Positions 60,772-64,000 of a DNA stretch of 64,000 bases are shown one piece after another. Under the pieces are notes generated by a model, which did not search any database, was not told where the DNA came from, and worked only from the letters and a program-made list of their open reading frames with translations. The position numbers were made by a program, and so were the translations under genes. Numbering within the stretch: position 1 is the stretch's first letter; every line of letters begins with the position of its first letter. This DNA comes from a virus (Duplodnaviria > Caudoviricetes): IMG/VR virus record IMGVR_UViG_3300043394_000122, positions 2,423-66,422 of that record, one strand, 5' to 3'.

Positions 60772-62619
60772 TTACCCAATCTGTTCGACCATAACGCCCT
60801 TCGGAACCGTTACCGAGGCGGGGCCTTCACCCACCGTGGATGGTACGCCATGCGCCTTCTCCAGAATACGCATCCGCTCGCGGATTCCGGCCAATGCGGA
60901 GTCACGCTGAGACTGCGTCAGGCCGCTTTCAAGCATCTTTTTGAATGCCTGGAGTTCAGGGTCGCGGTTGATGGCGTTGAGCAAATCCGCAGCCTTGTCG
61001 TCTCCCTGACGTGCCGCCGCAGCGATCCGCGCCACTTGCAGTTGAATGTCGTGCCCGCGTGCGGATTCAGCGACCTGTGCCATGCCCAGACCGGTCTGCG
61101 CTTCGAACTTGGCCTGCTGGGCGTTGAGTTCCGCGATCTTGAGGTTGGCGTTCTGCAGCGCGTTGCGATCGCCCGTGAGGATGGCCATCTCCTTCTCTTG
61201 GTTGGCGATCTCAAGCTGCCGGTTCAGGCTCTGCATCTGGCGCACTTCCTTCTTCGACGCGCCGAACTCCTTCTCGGCTTCCGCCATAGCCCGCCGACGC
61301 TCGTTCAGGATGCTCGACAGGCCGCGACCGGCGCTGCCCATGAGTTCACCCTTGCGTGTGCTGATGGCCCCGGCCAGTGCCGCCAAAGACTCAGGATCCG
61401 AGAAGATGCCCGGGCGGTTACGCGCCTTCTCCAGCTTGGCGGCGGCTTCCGCCTCCGCGTCCGTAACATCCTTCTGTGCAGCTTCAAGCTGCTTGGCGCG
61501 CAGCCCGCTGATGATGCCGCGCTGCTTCTTCTCTTCTTCGGTCGGCTCTGCACCCTGGCGCAGCAAGGCGGCATTGGCGGCGTTGTAGCCACGGCTGGCC
61601 AGCATCGAGTTGCGAATGTCACCGAACATGTCGGGGCGCGGGATGCCTGCAGACGGCGTAACCGTCTTGCGCGTTTCACTGGCGCTTGCACTGGCGCTGC
61701 CACCATCGGGGCGCTGCACAGTGATCAGGCGCGGGTCGTTCGGCATGGTCGGGCGCTGGTTGACGATACCCGTGCTTTGCGGTGCAGGGGCCAGCATCTT
61801 GGCACGCTGGTCCGGTTTGGAGAACGCTGCTGCCGCGCTCGCCCCGTAGGACCGGCGCGCAGTGTCGAAGGCGTTAGCGAGGGCGTCGTACTCAGCCTTG
61901 GCGCGCTTAAAGCCTTCCGGGTCGCGCTGCCGCTGCACCGAGCCGTAGCTGTACAACGCTTCCTTGGCCTGCAGCAGGCGCTGCTTCAGTGCGTCAATGT
62001 CCTGGCCAAACGACTCCACCGAAGCGGCATCCTGCACGACCGGCGCGGGTTGCTCACCGCCACCAAAGATGTTGCTGATCGCGTCCCAGATAGACACAGG
62101 CGCGATCTCCGGATCCACCATGCGGTCGCCCTGCCGGTTGCTGACGTAGCGCACGCCGTCTTCATCCGCGCCGTTGCTGAAATGCTGCACCGGCCCACCA
62201 TGAGCGCGCATCTGCACCGGAGGCTGGGCGGGGGCCGCCTCGGTCATCACCATGTCCTTGACCGTCCCCTGCTGACCCGCCGCCTGCTGCATAGCCAACT
62301 GGTTCTGCACAGCCTGCGCCGCACGGCGCTGCTTGTTCTTCTGGTCGAGCGCGGACAGCACCGCGTACTTCGGGTACTGGCTGTTGGGGTTCAGCAGTTC
62401 GCGCTGCAGCGACATCGGGTCCAGCATGGACAGCGGCTTCACCATCGACGCGACCGCGCCTTGCGGTTCCGCAGGCTGCTGCGGTTGACCGGCCAGCACG
62501 CTGTTGAGCGCCCCGGCCTGCGCCTGCCCAGGCATGAGTTGCTGGATGCCTTGCGGAGGAGCGCCTGCGGGCGTCGGCATGCCCGGGGCGGTTTGCGCGT
62601 TGGGGGTCGGCGTGAACAT
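60772..62619 (-). CDS. Internal virion/ejection protein
   Basis: 615 aa, Q/A-rich, helical; MRAHGG motif; upstream of the giant protein. Confidence 0.65.
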   Translation of the reverse strand: MFTPTPNAQTAPGMPTPAGAPPQGIQQLMPGQAQAGALNSVLAGQPQQPAEPQGAVASMVKPLSMLDPMSLQRELLNPNSQYPKYAVLSALDQKNKQRRAAQAVQNQLAMQQAAGQQGTVKDMVMTEAAPAQPPVQMRAHGGPVQHFSNGADEDGVRYVSNRQGDRMVDPEIAPVSIWDAISNIFGGGEQPAPVVQDAASVESFGQDIDALKQRLLQAKEALYSYGSVQRQRDPEGFKRAKAEYDALANAFDTARRSYGASAAAAFSKPDQRAKMLAPAPQSTGIVNQRPTMPNDPRLITVQRPDGGSASASASETRKTVTPSAGIPRPDMFGDIRNSMLASRGYNAANAALLRQGAEPTEEEKKQRGIISGLRAKQLEAAQKDVTDAEAEAAAKLEKARNRPGIFSDPESLAALAGAISTRKGELMGSAGRGLSSILNERRRAMAEAEKEFGASKKEVRQMQSLNRQLEIANQEKEMAILTGDRNALQNANLKIAELNAQQAKFEAQTGLGMAQVAESARGHDIQLQVARIAAAARQGDDKAADLLNAINRDPELQAFKKMLESGLTQSQRDSALAGIRERMRILEKAHGVPSTVGEGPASVTVPKGVMVEQIG

Positions 62620-62637
62620 GTATGGTGCCCTTCTGAT

Positions 62638-64000
62638 TTAGTTCGTCTTGCCCTGGTTGGCGAGCATCAGCCCCAACAACCCGCCCTGCAGCGCCGATGC
62701 CCATCCGGAGGTGCCGTCGCTGTACGGCGCGGCTTGCAGCGGCAGGCCCTGCAGCAGACTCTGCATGTAGGTCGCTTGTTGGTACGGGTACTTCATCGAC
62801 TCTTGCCACTGCTGGTAACCGAAGTCCAACGGCTGTTGCATGAAGCTTTGCTGCGTAGCGCCGCCAGTAAGTTGCGCCTGGAGATTCGCCAGCCCAGCAG
62901 TATTTTGCGCCGTGCCGATACCAGCCAACGCTTGCGCCCCTTGTATGCCAGTCTGCAGACCTTGCAGCCCGTAGGTAGCGCCGAACTGGTTAGCGGCTTC
63001 TTGTGCACGCTGCGTGTCCAGGCCGTACTGCGCCGCTTGCTCCGCTGCACGAGAGGCTTGCTGTGCGCCGAACTGGCGAGAGGCTTCTTGCGCCTGCTGC
63101 GCCGATAGACCGTACTGAGCCTGCAACTGCGCGGCAGTCATTCCCTGCTGAGCGCCAAACTGCTTGGACTGCTCTGCAGCTTGCTGTGCCGCCAACGCCC
63201 GCTGCTGGTCAGTCATGAACGCTTGCTGCCCCACATCGAAGGCCGTCTTGTATCCTTGCGACAGCACGTCCGATTGTCGATCCAACAGGCTCCTACGTCC
63301 CTCCGACTCCATGATGGCCTGACGTGAGCCACCAAACGCACCAGCCTGCGCCAAACGCGCAGCATCCGCTTGGCGAGCAATGTCTGATTGCCGCGTAAGC
63401 TCCCGCAACTGTGGATCAAGCGCCTGCTGCAGGAACGGGTTCATGTACTGCTGCGCAGCCTGGGCATTCCACTGCTGAGTGGTGATGTCGGTCGGCTTGT
63501 ACGCGTCGGGCGCAGTGAACTGGTTACCGAACTGCCCAGCGGTGTACGCTTGTGGTGCTTGGTACTTGTCTTGGAACTGCGTGGGGGTGTAGGCTAGATT
63601 GCCAACACCTTGCAGCGCCTTGTTGATGGAAGCAGATGCTTGCCCGTACTGTTCAGGAACGTTCAGTCCAGCAAGACCTTGGAACGCTTGTTCTTGCAGT
63701 GCGCCGGGACCGGCGAAACGCTCGCCCTCGTACGGCTGGAACGGCTGCATAGCCGCTTCCTCTCCACGAGCAAGCATCTTGTACACGTAGTCCGCAAAGT
63801 TGGAGCTGAGCGTGGACTGCGACGGATCAATGGCCACACCAGTGTAGCCAACGTTTGCACCCCCACCTGCGGGCGTACCAGTCGTACCAGTCGTACCAGT
63901 CGTACCAGTCGTACCAGTCGTACCAGTCGTACCAGTCGTACCAGTCGTACCAGTCGTACCAGTCGTACCAGTCGTACCAGTCGTACCAGTCGTACCAGTC
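62638..64000 (-). CDS. Internal virion/DNA-transfer protein, 5'-partial
   Basis: The ORF-track GTG at 63837 is preceded in frame by (TTG)n-TPAGGGANVGYTG, open to the window end; Q/A/G-rich with AFGGSRQAI motif and 22-aa QFGA repeats. Confidence 0.7.
   Translation of the reverse strand, partial: TGTTGTTGTTGTTGTTGTTGTTGTTGTTGTTGTTGTTGTTGTPAGGGANVGYTGVAIDPSQSTLSSNFADYVYKMLARGEEAAMQPFQPYEGERFAGPGALQEQAFQGLAGLNVPEQYGQASASINKALQGVGNLAYTPTQFQDKYQAPQAYTAGQFGNQFTAPDAYKPTDITTQQWNAQAAQQYMNPFLQQALDPQLRELTRQSDIARQADAARLAQAGAFGGSRQAIMESEGRRSLLDRQSDVLSQGYKTAFDVGQQAFMTDQQRALAAQQAAEQSKQFGAQQGMTAAQLQAQYGLSAQQAQEASRQFGAQQASRAAEQAAQYGLDTQRAQEAANQFGATYGLQGLQTGIQGAQALAGIGTAQNTAGLANLQAQLTGGATQQSFMQQPLDFGYQQWQESMKYPYQQATYMQSLLQGLPLQAAPYSDGTSGWASALQGGLLGLMLANQGKTN
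63874..64000 (-). repeat. 9-bp perfect tandem repeat (GTCGTACCA)n, at least 13 copies, encoding Thr-Thr-Gly
   Basis: Read directly; runs off the window end. Confidence 0.97.

Noticed and set aside
53269-63108. Very long plus-strand ORFs (938, 1070 and 814 aa)
   Set aside because: Antisense shadows of GC-rich minus-strand virion genes; L/R/G-rich, with no RBS or domain motifs.
63874-64000. CRISPR-like array
   Set aside because: Contiguous 9-bp units with no spacers; a coding microsatellite.
1-64000. tRNA genes, integrase, reverse transcriptase/DGR, stop-codon reassignment
   Set aside because: None recognised by eye, and core genes are intact in the standard code. tRNAscan-SE and HMM searches would be needed to exclude them formally.

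Overview
The window is most or all of a GC-rich (roughly 60% by eye) tailed dsDNA phage genome with podovirus-like organisation. Positions 1-27102 and 53347-64000 are a minus-strand morphogenesis block: TerS/TerL, portal, GroES-like co-chaperonin, scaffold, major capsid protein, head/tail proteins, S74-chaperone tail fibre, adhesins, holin, GH24 endolysin and ejection proteins, including a 2472-aa polyvalent-type protein. Positions 27567-53366 are a plus-strand early/replication block: many small modular ORFs, DUF932, GP88-like, two DUF3310, VRR-NUC, family A DNA polymerase, PD-(D/E)XK nuclease, SNF2 helicase, SSB-like protein, HTH protein and primase-helicase. I recognised no integrase, tRNA, rRNA or CRISPR array. 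Main finding: the helicase carries two inteins, and the second has no in-frame endonuclease but fully contains an intact HNH endonuclease gene in the +1 frame, with a Shine-Dalgarno formed by intein block-B codons. Other highlights are a pseudoknotted structured-RNA candidate at 40313-40490, a Mu-gpT-DE-like hairpin separated from the capsid gene by a GIY-YIG cassette with its own promoter, two families of palindromic operator-like sites, an origin-like element and a repeat-mediated gene-module shuffling region. All family assignments come from motifs read by eye and recalled family signatures; no database search was run.
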